Below are positions 7,947-17,317 of a stretch of DNA of 64,000 nucleotides, one piece after another. The stretch comes from a virus (Duplodnaviria; Caudoviricetes): IMG/VR virus record IMGVR_UViG_3300010885_054974, positions 1,827-65,826 of that record. One strand, given 5' to 3'. How positions within the stretch are numbered: the first letter of the stretch is position 1; each line of letters starts with the position of its first letter. The position numbers were made by a program, and so were the translations under genes. The notes under the pieces are model-generated. The model was not told the origin of the DNA. It did not search any database and saw nothing but the letters and a program-made list of their open reading frames with translations.

Positions 7947-10458
7947 AGCCCATTGCACGAGCAATATCAGTGTGTGTACGAGCAAAGTCTTCGCCTCGAT
8001 AACGATCCGTGCGTTGCATTTCTTTCAAAAACTGTGCGTTATCCCGTGTTTCGCCGTTTTTAATAAACTGTATAATACGATCTATTTCCTTGCGATGGCG
8101 TGGAATAAAGTCACCGTCGGTTAGTCGGTCAATTACCAATGCTTTTGCTTCTTCAGTCATTGAACCAATGTTCATGTGCTTGGGGTCATGCATCATGTTG
8201 AAATAATCGTAGTCAAAGTTTTGTAGGATTACCCACTTACATAGGTCTTCCAAGTACAACACATTCTGCACATTGATGGTCATGCATACCTGTGTGCGTA
8301 ATCGGGGCCACGCCTGTTTCATAGCATGGAAGCGTTGAATGTTGGCTTCTACTTCGGTCCATCGAGCACCCGACCGTTCAAATTCAAAACGCTCACCCAC
8401 ATTATCAATACTGAATGCAATTTCCACCTTGCGGAACTGTTTCCATGTATCAATGAATTCTTCTGGGAAATGTGTACCATTGGTATTGTAATGAATTTCG
8501 ATGTTGTCAGCATAACCGTTGTCTGCGGCAAACTTCAACAGGTCAAAGTGTTCTTGAATCATAAACGGTTCGCCGCCGGTGAATTCAAAGTATTTGACAT
8601 GTGGCAGTATGGTTTTCAAGTCCTCCCAAAAGCGCGGACTATTTTCGTTGCGTGGCCAGTTGCCTTGCTTGAGCCATGTGTAGGCAATATGTTTCTTAGG
8701 GTCGCCGCCCCAGTCTTTGACATATTCCATTTCTTCCGGCACCCATTTGCTACTTGACCACGAGCCACAGATGCGGCATTTCAAATTGCAGATGTTGCCC
8801 AGCTTCAGGTCCAAGAACCATAACTGATTGGGTTTATCATTCTCCCAATCTACTTCTGCATAGCGTTCTTTGAATCGGGTTAATGTGTGTAGTCGCTTGC
8901 TGGTACGACCTGCATCTTCTTCTTCCCAACAACGAGTACAAGTGGCGGGCTTTTTACCCTCGCGGAAACTTTTGCGTAGATCCTGCATATATTTGCTGTT
9001 GTAAATTTCCGTCACAGTATGCCGGTTCATGTCATACTTTTCGCCCGACTCATCCACAATCTCATCTGTGGCCAAACAGCAGGGGCGGGCCGATCCAACA
9101 GGACTGGTTTCAATGCTGACCCAAGGCAACATGCACATGGTCTGTGGCAACTTGTAGTTTTTCATTTCCACCAACTCAGGGAAAGTTTCAAAGAAGTTTT
9201 CTTCGCGCACCTTGTCAATGAGTTCGTTAACTTTGAAAAAGTCCGGCAAGTAGGCTGTGCTGTCATTGTGTTCCATGAAGTTCAACACACCTTTGTAGCC
9301 ACTTGTGGCACGAGTCAAGGTATCTAGGGGTTCCAACCATTCCAAATGTTCTTCAATGCGGTCACGAGCACGACGCTTCAGATTGGGTGGTAGTGCATCT
9401 ACACGATATCGCAAGGGGTGTTGCAACATGTTGATGTTCCAATCCATTGGACGCAATAAGCCCAAGTCAACCCATTCGCGATGGAAGTCCGGAATGTGTA
9501 TCACATTCATCAGACTCACTGTTGAGCTCACATAGAAGTCTACATTGGGACATACCTTCAACATGCGCTCACGGTTCTCTACTGTTTGACGCCAGTCCTG
9601 TCCCTTACGCATGTATTCACCACGATGGTAACTGGCATCCAAGCTGGCGCCCACACTTACACAGTCAAACAGTTTCCAAAGTTCCATTACATCTTGGTCT
9701 TTGAATTTCATTTCCGAGAAGTTAGTATTGTATATCAGGCGCACATGAAACATTTCACGGTCAACCAGTTCGCGTAGCACACGATAGTGTTCTTCCATGA
9801 TTAGAGGTTCGCCACCGGCCCAGTAGATTTGTTCAAGATGCGGAATATGCTCTTGCATTTGATTCCACATGTCTTCTTTGTTCTTGCCCGCAAACATGAT
9901 CTGTGGATGTTGTGGATTCCAGCCAGCGGCTTTTTCATCACGATACCAACTTGAACTAAACAGGCTACCGCAACTACGGCAACTGAAGTTACAGATGTTT
10001 GAAAAGCGCACATCATAGTAGCGCAGTTTGAAATCATTAAGACTACCGTCGGCATTGGTTTCATCCACCAGATTGATCAGGTGCCCAAAGTTTTTGTTTG
10101 AGCTGTTACGCATACTGAACAACTCACTGCGTTCTTGCTCCACGCACTTGGTACATTCTTTGCAGGGTTTGTCCTGCATCATGTTCAAACGCATTTGTTT
10201 CAATGGATCTTGATTCCAAATCTCTTTCATGGTGTGCGTTTTAAGATTGCCCACTGAATGATCAGGGTCACCCAAACAGCAGGGATATGCACGACCATCA
10301 GGAAAGGCATGCATATGGATCCACGGAATCATACAGAAGTTATCGGTCTTGATCAAACGGTCCCATTGGTCAGGACGCATTTCTTCTTGTTTCATGTACA
10401 CCGGCATACGGGCACCGTAGTTGTAATTTTCGTAATAGTTGTCTAGTTTGTCAGTCAT
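7933..10458 (-). CDS. Tandem double radical SAM protein (two twitch plus radical SAM units)
   Basis: Unit 1: CMIPW..PCC, CTKC, CNFSCRSC, GGEP. Unit 2: CMLPW..PCC, CTRC, CNLKCRIC, GGEP. Confidence 0.9.
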   Translation of the reverse strand: MTDKLDNYYENYNYGARMPVYMKQEEMRPDQWDRLIKTDNFCMIPWIHMHAFPDGRAYPCCLGDPDHSVGNLKTHTMKEIWNQDPLKQMRLNMMQDKPCKECTKCVEQERSELFSMRNSSNKNFGHLINLVDETNADGSLNDFKLRYYDVRFSNICNFSCRSCGSLFSSSWYRDEKAAGWNPQHPQIMFAGKNKEDMWNQMQEHIPHLEQIYWAGGEPLIMEEHYRVLRELVDREMFHVRLIYNTNFSEMKFKDQDVMELWKLFDCVSVGASLDASYHRGEYMRKGQDWRQTVENRERMLKVCPNVDFYVSSTVSLMNVIHIPDFHREWVDLGLLRPMDWNINMLQHPLRYRVDALPPNLKRRARDRIEEHLEWLEPLDTLTRATSGYKGVLNFMEHNDSTAYLPDFFKVNELIDKVREENFFETFPELVEMKNYKLPQTMCMLPWVSIETSPVGSARPCCLATDEIVDESGEKYDMNRHTVTEIYNSKYMQDLRKSFREGKKPATCTRCWEEEDAGRTSKRLHTLTRFKERYAEVDWENDKPNQLWFLDLKLGNICNLKCRICGSWSSSKWVPEEMEYVKDWGGDPKKHIAYTWLKQGNWPRNENSPRFWEDLKTILPHVKYFEFTGGEPFMIQEHFDLLKFAADNGYADNIEIHYNTNGTHFPEEFIDTWKQFRKVEIAFSIDNVGERFEFERSGARWTEVEANIQRFHAMKQAWPRLRTQVCMTINVQNVLYLEDLCKWVILQNFDYDYFNMMHDPKHMNIGSMTEEAKALVIDRLTDGDFIPRHRKEIDRIIQFIKNGETRDNAQFLKEMQRTDRYRGEDFARTHTDIARAMGYDKT

Positions 10459-11816
10459 AGTGTGTTGTACCAATCTGCTAGTGCAGGGAATGTTTCTGCA
10501 AAGTTTTTGTTTCGACGCTGGTCGTACTGTGTGTAGAAGTTTTTAAAGTCACGCTGTAGTGTGATCTGTTCCATTGCTTCTGTATGCGGTTTCAATACCA
10601 CATCAATGTAGTCAAGTAATCTGTCAAGTTGGTTCTTTTCAAATTCGTGCATCAAGTCAAATCTATGCCAGTCGTTGGCAAATCGATATAATTTGCCAGC
10701 ATATTGCTGTCTAATGTCGTTTGGGAAAATTGTAAGTGATTGAAAACTTGGAAAGCGTAATATATTTAGCGAGAAGTTGATGGAGTCCCGACCGTATTGC
10801 AATTTCCAGTTCATAACCATGTCCAAGAAGCTGTCTAAACTATCTAAACACAATGCGTTAACGGTACACATAACATGCAGGCCACGGAACCGGCCCGAAT
10901 CCAGCAAGCGTTCCACATTGTTGGCCCAATCGTCAAATACCAGTCCATCGCGAATATATTCGGCCTGTAGGCCCACGGCCTCGTTACTGGTATACAAGTC
11001 AACTTCAACACCGTCAACGGCCGCTAGTAAACGGTCAATGTCAACCGCGGTGCCCAAGTTGCTGTTGATGGCAAGTCGGGTAGTACTCTTGCCCTTGTTG
11101 GTTTTAAACCAATCAATTAACTTCCAAGTCTCTGCCGACATTAGTGGCTCGCCTCCAGTGATGCGTAGTTCCTTTAAGGTTCTGTGGAGGTCCGACTCCC
11201 ACCAGGCGTGGAATGCTTCCACATAAGGATTAGTCTCACCGAACTTATACAGTTGACTACTATCGTGAGCGTGAGTAAAATGGTTCCTACCGTCACTAAC
11301 CAAGTTGGTGTAGGGTCCATGTTGCTTAATGTCTTTAACCCAAGTGCTACTAAAAGCGGGGTTGCAGTAAGAACAAGCAAACTGGCAAGTGCGATCAAAT
11401 GCAATTTCCAATGTTTGAAGATCGAAATCTTCACTGGCAGGTGTTCTGTGTGCATGGGCCAAATCCTCATCTGAATAAATTACTGTTTTGTATACACGAT
11501 CACTTATAGCGGCGGGAAAAGGATCTGTATGCATGTCTTCAATCTTCCAACAATATTCGCACCCTGCAGGGCGTTCACCCTTTTGCATTTGTTCACGCTC
11601 CATTTTTTTCTTTTGCGTGTTGTGAATTGCCTTGGGATTGATTCGAATTGCATCTAGGTCAATGGCGTGTGGCAGAGGATGATGACAACTTGTGGTCTGT
11701 CCCGATCCTAACCATATGGTGGCATTGTACCATTTGGCTCCACAGAAGCTGGCTGACTTGATGTCAATTACCCTGTGTTTGTATTCAAAATCTGTTTCGT
11801 TAGCTATTTTGGGCAT
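10455..11816 (-). CDS. Radical SAM protein with N-terminal twitch-like domain
   Basis: CGAKW..SCHH, CEYCW, CQFACSYC and TGGEPLM. Confidence 0.88.
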   Translation of the reverse strand: MPKIANETDFEYKHRVIDIKSASFCGAKWYNATIWLGSGQTTSCHHPLPHAIDLDAIRINPKAIHNTQKKKMEREQMQKGERPAGCEYCWKIEDMHTDPFPAAISDRVYKTVIYSDEDLAHAHRTPASEDFDLQTLEIAFDRTCQFACSYCNPAFSSTWVKDIKQHGPYTNLVSDGRNHFTHAHDSSQLYKFGETNPYVEAFHAWWESDLHRTLKELRITGGEPLMSAETWKLIDWFKTNKGKSTTRLAINSNLGTAVDIDRLLAAVDGVEVDLYTSNEAVGLQAEYIRDGLVFDDWANNVERLLDSGRFRGLHVMCTVNALCLDSLDSFLDMVMNWKLQYGRDSINFSLNILRFPSFQSLTIFPNDIRQQYAGKLYRFANDWHRFDLMHEFEKNQLDRLLDYIDVVLKPHTEAMEQITLQRDFKNFYTQYDQRRNKNFAETFPALADWYNTL

Positions 11817-13185
11817 GATATCTACATTCTTTCCAAAATTCCGTCATCTGCGGAAATGTTTCTTCAAAATTGGTATGTCGACGCTTGTCGTGTTCATTGA
11901 AGAAACGATAAAAGTCTGCTCGTTGCATTTTAACATAATCGGCGTCCAGACTGCGACCTTCCTCCATCCAGGCTATGTCACGACGCATACGCTGTACTTC
12001 GTAGTCTTTGAATCCTTGGAATGGCTGTTCCGACCGTTCTAGATTCAACTCCATCCAATCGGCCACACGCTCCAATTGGCGCACATACACAGCCGGTAGT
12101 ATTTGTAAACTCTGCCATCGAGGTGTGCGTAGCAATGGTGTGTCGAACCACACACGCTGATATGTTGTGCTATGGTTCTTACGCAACCGTAGTATCCAGT
12201 CCAATTGTTGCTGTAGGCCCAACACACTGAGATTATTCATAGTAATAATAAATGTCAAGCTGTTACGATATGGAATTTCTCTCAAGAACATGTTGACATT
12301 TTCAACCACACGATTGTAGTTTAATCCGTGTCTGATGTATTCGGCATGAGCATAGTTGCCCGAGTCTAGACTAACATACTGCATGAAGTGTTCAATTTGT
12401 GTGTTACACAACTGCTTGACATAGCCAAGATATTTGTCCATCAAGGCATCTTCTACGCTGAAGTTGCTGGTAACATCTAAGTGCAGTTCTGGATTGGGCA
12501 TGGCCAACACATAGTCGAATACTTTGTATGTGTTACGATCCATCAAGGGCTCGCCACCGGTCATTCTAAAGTGTTTTAGTTTGGGGTACAGCTCGGGCCA
12601 CCATTCCCAAAATGCATCTACATAAGGGTTGGGCTGGGAATGTGGTATAGGACGGCGGCTACCAACAAAGTGAGCAGGATCATTATGAACAACACTAGTA
12701 GGATATCCCCCAAACTTATCAACTTCTGCTTGCCACGAACTACTAAACTGGGGGCTACAATAACTACACTTAAGATTACAAGCATGATTGAAATTGACTT
12801 CCACATAACTAGGAACAACATCTTCTTCTCCTGAGGAATTTCGTATAGCATCAAAATGTTCTACAGCCCACTTCTCGCCTGATCGATAGTGTCTATCACT
12901 GAGTTGATCGTGCTTTTCTATGTTCCAGCAGTAACTACACTCAGCGGGTTTTTCGTTACGGATCATGATCTTCCGCTGTTCTTTTTTGTAAGCGGTGTTG
13001 TGTAGTGCGCCGGGATTTGCTTTTAATGGCTCAACATCTATGTGATGCAGAGGCGGGTGGTAACAACTGTTGTTGAGACCTGTGGGCAAGTGTAGGCTAA
13101 CCTGTTGCCACTTGGCAAGGCAAAGTGCAGGGCCTAATTGTTCTCGCATCTGCTCGGCCGCAGACATGAAGTCACTTTTACTCAC
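11800..13185 (-). CDS. Radical SAM protein with N-terminal twitch-like domain
   Basis: CLAKW..SCYH, CSYCW, CNLKCSYC and TGGEPLM. Confidence 0.88.
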   Translation of the reverse strand: MSKSDFMSAAEQMREQLGPALCLAKWQQVSLHLPTGLNNSCYHPPLHHIDVEPLKANPGALHNTAYKKEQRKIMIRNEKPAECSYCWNIEKHDQLSDRHYRSGEKWAVEHFDAIRNSSGEEDVVPSYVEVNFNHACNLKCSYCSPQFSSSWQAEVDKFGGYPTSVVHNDPAHFVGSRRPIPHSQPNPYVDAFWEWWPELYPKLKHFRMTGGEPLMDRNTYKVFDYVLAMPNPELHLDVTSNFSVEDALMDKYLGYVKQLCNTQIEHFMQYVSLDSGNYAHAEYIRHGLNYNRVVENVNMFLREIPYRNSLTFIITMNNLSVLGLQQQLDWILRLRKNHSTTYQRVWFDTPLLRTPRWQSLQILPAVYVRQLERVADWMELNLERSEQPFQGFKDYEVQRMRRDIAWMEEGRSLDADYVKMQRADFYRFFNEHDKRRHTNFEETFPQMTEFWKECRYHAQNS

Positions 13186-14077
13186 GAACCATTGGTCCTT
13201 TATTTTTAAACTGACTCATGTAATGGTGTTTGAAGAAACGGCTTTCCACTGGATCCATGTCCACAATAGGCAAGCCCAATCGTCGACATAAGTGGTCTCC
13301 GTAACTGTGTGCGTCCTCAACTACATCAGTATACTTTACTTCTGTGTCCCAGATCTCCTGTAGTGCATCAAAACTCTGCACTTCGGTATAGTCCCAGGCA
13401 GTCAACATGGTTTTGTATGTGCCGTGTCGTGCGCCCATGATGGCCCAAGCACCATTTTCGTTGTCTGCACCTACACTCTGCCAAATACACAGGTTGTCGT
13501 AATTACGATTGTTCACACGGCTTTCAAACTCGGACAAACTAGGACGAACTCCACGATCCAAGCTCATCTTGACGCCTTCTCTGAATCCGGCTCGCCAGGC
13601 TTGAAATGGAGTGGCATCGGGATAGGTAGTTGAGTAGCAGTCATGCATGGCCCAGTAGCGGGGATAGAAACAAAATTCTACATCATTTTCTGCTTGGCCA
13701 TCTGTGGCTTCATGTGTTCGCATGGCGTAAACAAATTCTTTTGTCCACGAACTCATGCCGCCATTGCCGTACATCAGGCCATTGATGCTGTTACGGGCTC
13801 GCCAACGAAATACACAATCACGATTGGTGTTAGTTAGCTCTAGCTGAAGATTGAAAAAACTGCTGTCAGGAATATTATCGCCGTCGATAAGGATAAACCT
13901 ATCAGTATCGCTAATATCTGCACACGCTTTATGTGCGGCATCGCTTCCCTTAACACCGTCCACACGCTTTGCCCACGGTACAAGATTTTGAATTTGTACC
14001 CAGAATTCTTCTCGTCGAGGTTCATCATAAGTTAGGTATATGCAATCTAAGTCTGCTACATCAACTAATTCGGTCAT
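13178..14077 (-). CDS. Glycosyltransferase (GT-A)-like protein
   Basis: YDEP, RVDGVKGSDAAHK and a DxD motif (LIDGDN). Confidence 0.6.
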   Translation of the reverse strand: MTELVDVADLDCIYLTYDEPRREEFWVQIQNLVPWAKRVDGVKGSDAAHKACADISDTDRFILIDGDNIPDSSFFNLQLELTNTNRDCVFRWRARNSINGLMYGNGGMSSWTKEFVYAMRTHEATDGQAENDVEFCFYPRYWAMHDCYSTTYPDATPFQAWRAGFREGVKMSLDRGVRPSLSEFESRVNNRNYDNLCIWQSVGADNENGAWAIMGARHGTYKTMLTAWDYTEVQSFDALQEIWDTEVKYTDVVEDAHSYGDHLCRRLGLPIVDMDPVESRFFKHHYMSQFKNKGPMVRE

Positions 14078-14390
14078 AGTGTTCTATTTCTTCGTAATGA
14101 TCATTTTCCAGCACAAGACTGGCGTGTCCTCGTACTACAGCCACACCAGAATTACTTCTCTTTAATTGTACATGAAAATGGTCGCTGGTGTCAACTACAA
14201 TCTTGCCATTTGTCACACGCACATTGTAGTTTGGTCGTTCGTACTGCTCTCGAGTGATAACAATGTAATTGCCCACTGGGTAATCGTGGCTTGCCATGGC
14301 AACGGGCCGGCCTTGAGCATCGTAGTACAAACGATATTCTATTTGTTGTTTAGGAAATGGTAGGTATAACTCGTCGCTCATAGTATTCAA
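14061..14390 (-). CDS. Hypothetical protein
   Basis: 109-aa ORF overlapping both neighbours. Confidence 0.6.
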   Translation of the reverse strand: MNTMSDELYLPFPKQQIEYRLYYDAQGRPVAMASHDYPVGNYIVITREQYERPNYNVRVTNGKIVVDTSDHFHVQLKRSNSGVAVVRGHASLVLENDHYEEIEHYDRIS

Positions 14391-15198
14391 TTAGTTCGTC
14401 TGTGGCAAAACTCTTTTCATGATAGTGTACCGGTGCTGTTTGATTGATGTTGTTGATGCGTATCATGTCACCATCCTGTTCAGTAACGCAGTATTCTGTC
14501 CAAGGTTGATCGTCACTCCAGCCCTGTATGCCCGATTTCATATGTACAAAGTTTACAAAATCCAAACTAGGATTGTAACAGGGTGCATCCATGATCTTGG
14601 CCACTAGGGCATACACCACATCAGTTGTTGGGTAGGGGTCATCACAATTCTTCAGCTCTGCTCTTACATCTGCCCAATTTTCAAATATCTGTCGGGCCAG
14701 TTCAAAAAACTGTCGACTGGTTTCACTGTAGCGCCAATACATTAATCCATTGTACACATCTGGCAACCGGTTGGCATCAAATATTTGTCTGTACTTTCTT
14801 ACCCATGACAGCCGTTGTTGATAATCTCTACAGCCATGACTTAGACAAACATCTTGTAATCTAAATGCCGTCCACCAATGGTCAATTGAGCGAGTAAACA
14901 GCAAATCACTTTCTAACTTGACAGTTTCTTTATAGGGACTTAGCCACCAGGTGTGCCATTCATTGGCATAAGGGCCTTGCCCTTCAACTCGGTTGGTGGG
15001 AATTATATGCTCAAATACCGCTCGATGCTGATCTGTGACTTGCTCTAGTGTTGCCGAATCAACTATGACACTACAGTTCTTGATGCGTTGCGTTGCTTGT
15101 ATATTTAGCGCCTGTAGGTAAGCCAGCCGCAGGTAGTCTGTTGCTTCTGTGTTGATGGCTACTGTCAAGAAACCTTGGGCGGCGTAGTGCTTAGGCAT
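14350..15198 (-). CDS. Glycosyltransferase-like protein (GT-A/GT8-like)
   Basis: SPYKETVKLESDLLF (DxD-like), YNGLMYW and FVHMK; paralogous to the next gene. Confidence 0.6.
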   Translation of the reverse strand: MPKHYAAQGFLTVAINTEATDYLRLAYLQALNIQATQRIKNCSVIVDSATLEQVTDQHRAVFEHIIPTNRVEGQGPYANEWHTWWLSPYKETVKLESDLLFTRSIDHWWTAFRLQDVCLSHGCRDYQQRLSWVRKYRQIFDANRLPDVYNGLMYWRYSETSRQFFELARQIFENWADVRAELKNCDDPYPTTDVVYALVAKIMDAPCYNPSLDFVNFVHMKSGIQGWSDDQPWTEYCVTEQDGDMIRINNINQTAPVHYHEKSFATDELIEYYERRVIPTIS

Positions 15199-15962
15199 TG
15201 ATCTACAAATTCCTTTAGATTGGGTGTGGTCAAATATCGTTTGCTCATCACATGCAGACTCTGCCGGGGCAACACATAGGCCTGATCTGAGCGCACCACA
15301 ACACGATTGTCTCGTAATTCCATGCTGGTGATTGCACCAGCAAATGTTGTAATCGTATGTGGCGCAAATGATTTTCGATTTAAACTGTAGCCACTAAGAA
15401 TATAGTGTGCAATGGCAAAGGCATAATCATTTCGGTAGTTGCCTTCGCGAACATTGTACAGCAATCTGTAATAGTCGTAATTGCGTTTGATTCTGGCCAC
15501 CAGTTCAAAAAACATTTTTGTTTTTTCACTGCGTCTAAACAACACAGCAGTGGCCCAAACAAAAGGCAAACTATGCGGGCCCATCACACTGGGCTCGTAT
15601 ACTCCATCAATGGTGTGGTTTCGGTCAAAAAGCAAGTAATCGAACGGGCACTCAAATAGCTGGCCAATACTATCATCAAGTATAAGATAATCGGCGTCAA
15701 GGATGATGGTTTCATCGTAGGGGCTTGATTCATATGCTTCGTGTCTTCCAAAATTTTTCCATTCTACAAATTGACCTGTGTCTGAACTAAATCGTCGATT
15801 GGTGCCGGTATCCGTTGCACCAACAATGGTTGTGGGTAATCCCAAAAAGTGTTGGATCAGTCTAGCGTTTTGTTCAGCAATAGCAACATAATCTGTTTCA
15901 CGAGTATTGGTTGCAAATATTACCGCGCCTCTAGATTTTGCGGATTCGTTTAAGTTCGGCAT
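15165..15962 (-). CDS. Glycosyltransferase-like protein (GT-A/GT8-like)
   Basis: SPYDETIILDADY (DxD), WATAVLF, RNDYAF and HVMSK. Confidence 0.62.
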   Translation of the reverse strand: MPNLNESAKSRGAVIFATNTRETDYVAIAEQNARLIQHFLGLPTTIVGATDTGTNRRFSSDTGQFVEWKNFGRHEAYESSPYDETIILDADYLILDDSIGQLFECPFDYLLFDRNHTIDGVYEPSVMGPHSLPFVWATAVLFRRSEKTKMFFELVARIKRNYDYYRLLYNVREGNYRNDYAFAIAHYILSGYSLNRKSFAPHTITTFAGAITSMELRDNRVVVRSDQAYVLPRQSLHVMSKRYLTTPNLKEFVDQCLSTTPPKVS

Positions 15963-16245
15963 GTTGTTGGTGCCATTCATTCATCACTTCTTGGTAATGT
16001 TGTTGTGCTGTGACTAAGAATACCTGTCGATCTATTTCAATGGGGTTATGGAACACATCTTCCAGGTACAACACATCTGTGGGCCATGTTTTTACAAACG
16101 CCAGTAGTTCGGGGGTGACTCGAAACATACCACCATTATGTGTGATATGCAACTTGGTCAAGATGCGCTCGCGAAGTATTTCGGCATTTAGATGATAGTC
16201 TGTTGCTTGCCGAATTTGTTCTACAATGGGTTTAAGGTCGCTCAT
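15931..16245 (-). CDS. Hypothetical protein, first gene of the modification operon
   Basis: ATG at 16245 lies just downstream of a sigma70-like promoter. Confidence 0.7.
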   Translation of the reverse strand: MSDLKPIVEQIRQATDYHLNAEILRERILTKLHITHNGGMFRVTPELLAFVKTWPTDVLYLEDVFHNPIEIDRQVFLVTAQQHYQEVMNEWHQQHAELKRIRKI

Positions 16246-16251
16246 GGATAC

Positions 16252-16280
16252 AGTATAACACAAATTGCACCCAAGGTAAA
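16252..16280 (-). promoter_or_regulatory. Sigma70-like promoter TTTACC-17 nt-TATACT with extended -10 TG
   Basis: Minus strand reads tttacc ttgggtgcaatttgtgt tatact gtatcc ATG. Confidence 0.65.
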
Positions 16281-16295
16281 GCGGCCGAAGCCGCT
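16278..16295 (-). terminator. Hairpin AGCGGC-TTCG-GCCGCT after the tail-fibre operon
   Basis: Perfect 6-bp stem with a C(UUCG)G loop 20 nt after the stop at 16316; the U-tract is short. Confidence 0.65.
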
Positions 16296-16315
16296 GAGTT
16301 TACCGTTTTTGACTG

Positions 16316-17305
16316 TTACGCAATGGTTACAGTGCCCCAAGTGTTGGTTAGATTGGTTGTCTCCGGAGGACGCACTGTGATGTTGGTGGTGATGGCCAAG
16401 TTCAAACTGTCATTGAATACGCCTTGTGTGGGTGGAGTACCAACTGGACTGTACACAGGCAAACTTGGAGGTGCTGTGTTGGTATCGGCAGCCGCATCAC
16501 TTAGGTCTATAGTAAATGTCATTACTGTGCCGACATCAGCATTCGAGCCTTGCACACCATTGGTCTTGATACCAACTGCAATGCTGTTACTGCTGTAGTC
16601 AGCTGTACCACTGGCACTTGTTAGTGTAATGATACTCTGGTTGCTGGTGGTACATTGCCAATATCCCAATGATCCATTGGAAGCTGATACTGTGCCACCT
16701 GTGCCTGTGCGGCCACCGTTGGTCGCGGCACCAACCACAATACTTGCGAATTTGGTGTTGAACAATGCCAACCAGTCTGCACCTTTTGCATTGCCCAGTG
16801 TGTTGACACAACTGAAAGTCAATACCAATTTGCCACCAGCATTGAAGAAATAACGAGCTTGGTCTGCACTGGCAAATGTTGCTGTACGAGTAATCTGTGC
16901 TGTGGTAGGAGTTGCGGTGTTCCAAGTATACGCTGTTGGTGCTGAACCGGTGATGTCAGTGCCGTTGGTATTGGCGTTCAATCTGTTGGTGTATGCTGTG
17001 CTGATGCTAGAACTAAAGGTGGCAAGATAGGAAATCAAACTACCAGTAGTTGGTGCGCCAATGCCTGTACCAGATCCACTCTGGTGTGTGTAAATTGAGT
17101 TCAGTGTGTTGACTGCTGTGGCCCATTGTGTGGCTGTGACTAGACCTGCTTGACTGACTTGACTCAACGAAGTTTGACCGTAGCCGGCGTTGCCGTTGCC
17201 CACGGCCCAAATAGTGTTGATTGTGTTTGATGTTGAACTGGGGCTAACACCAACAAATCCGTTGTAGTCTGCCGCTTGTATTAGTCCACCTGATGAATAT
17301 GCCAT
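16316..17305 (-). CDS. Virion structural protein (tail/fibre-associated)
   Basis: Thr/Ser/Gly/Asn-rich 329 aa with an ARYFFNAGG motif; last gene of the tail module. Confidence 0.65.
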   Translation of the reverse strand: MAYSSGGLIQAADYNGFVGVSPSSTSNTINTIWAVGNGNAGYGQTSLSQVSQAGLVTATQWATAVNTLNSIYTHQSGSGTGIGAPTTGSLISYLATFSSSISTAYTNRLNANTNGTDITGSAPTAYTWNTATPTTAQITRTATFASADQARYFFNAGGKLVLTFSCVNTLGNAKGADWLALFNTKFASIVVGAATNGGRTGTGGTVSASNGSLGYWQCTTSNQSIITLTSASGTADYSSNSIAVGIKTNGVQGSNADVGTVMTFTIDLSDAAADTNTAPPSLPVYSPVGTPPTQGVFNDSLNLAITTNITVRPPETTNLTNTWGTVTIA

Positions 17306-17317
17306 ATCTTTTTCCTA

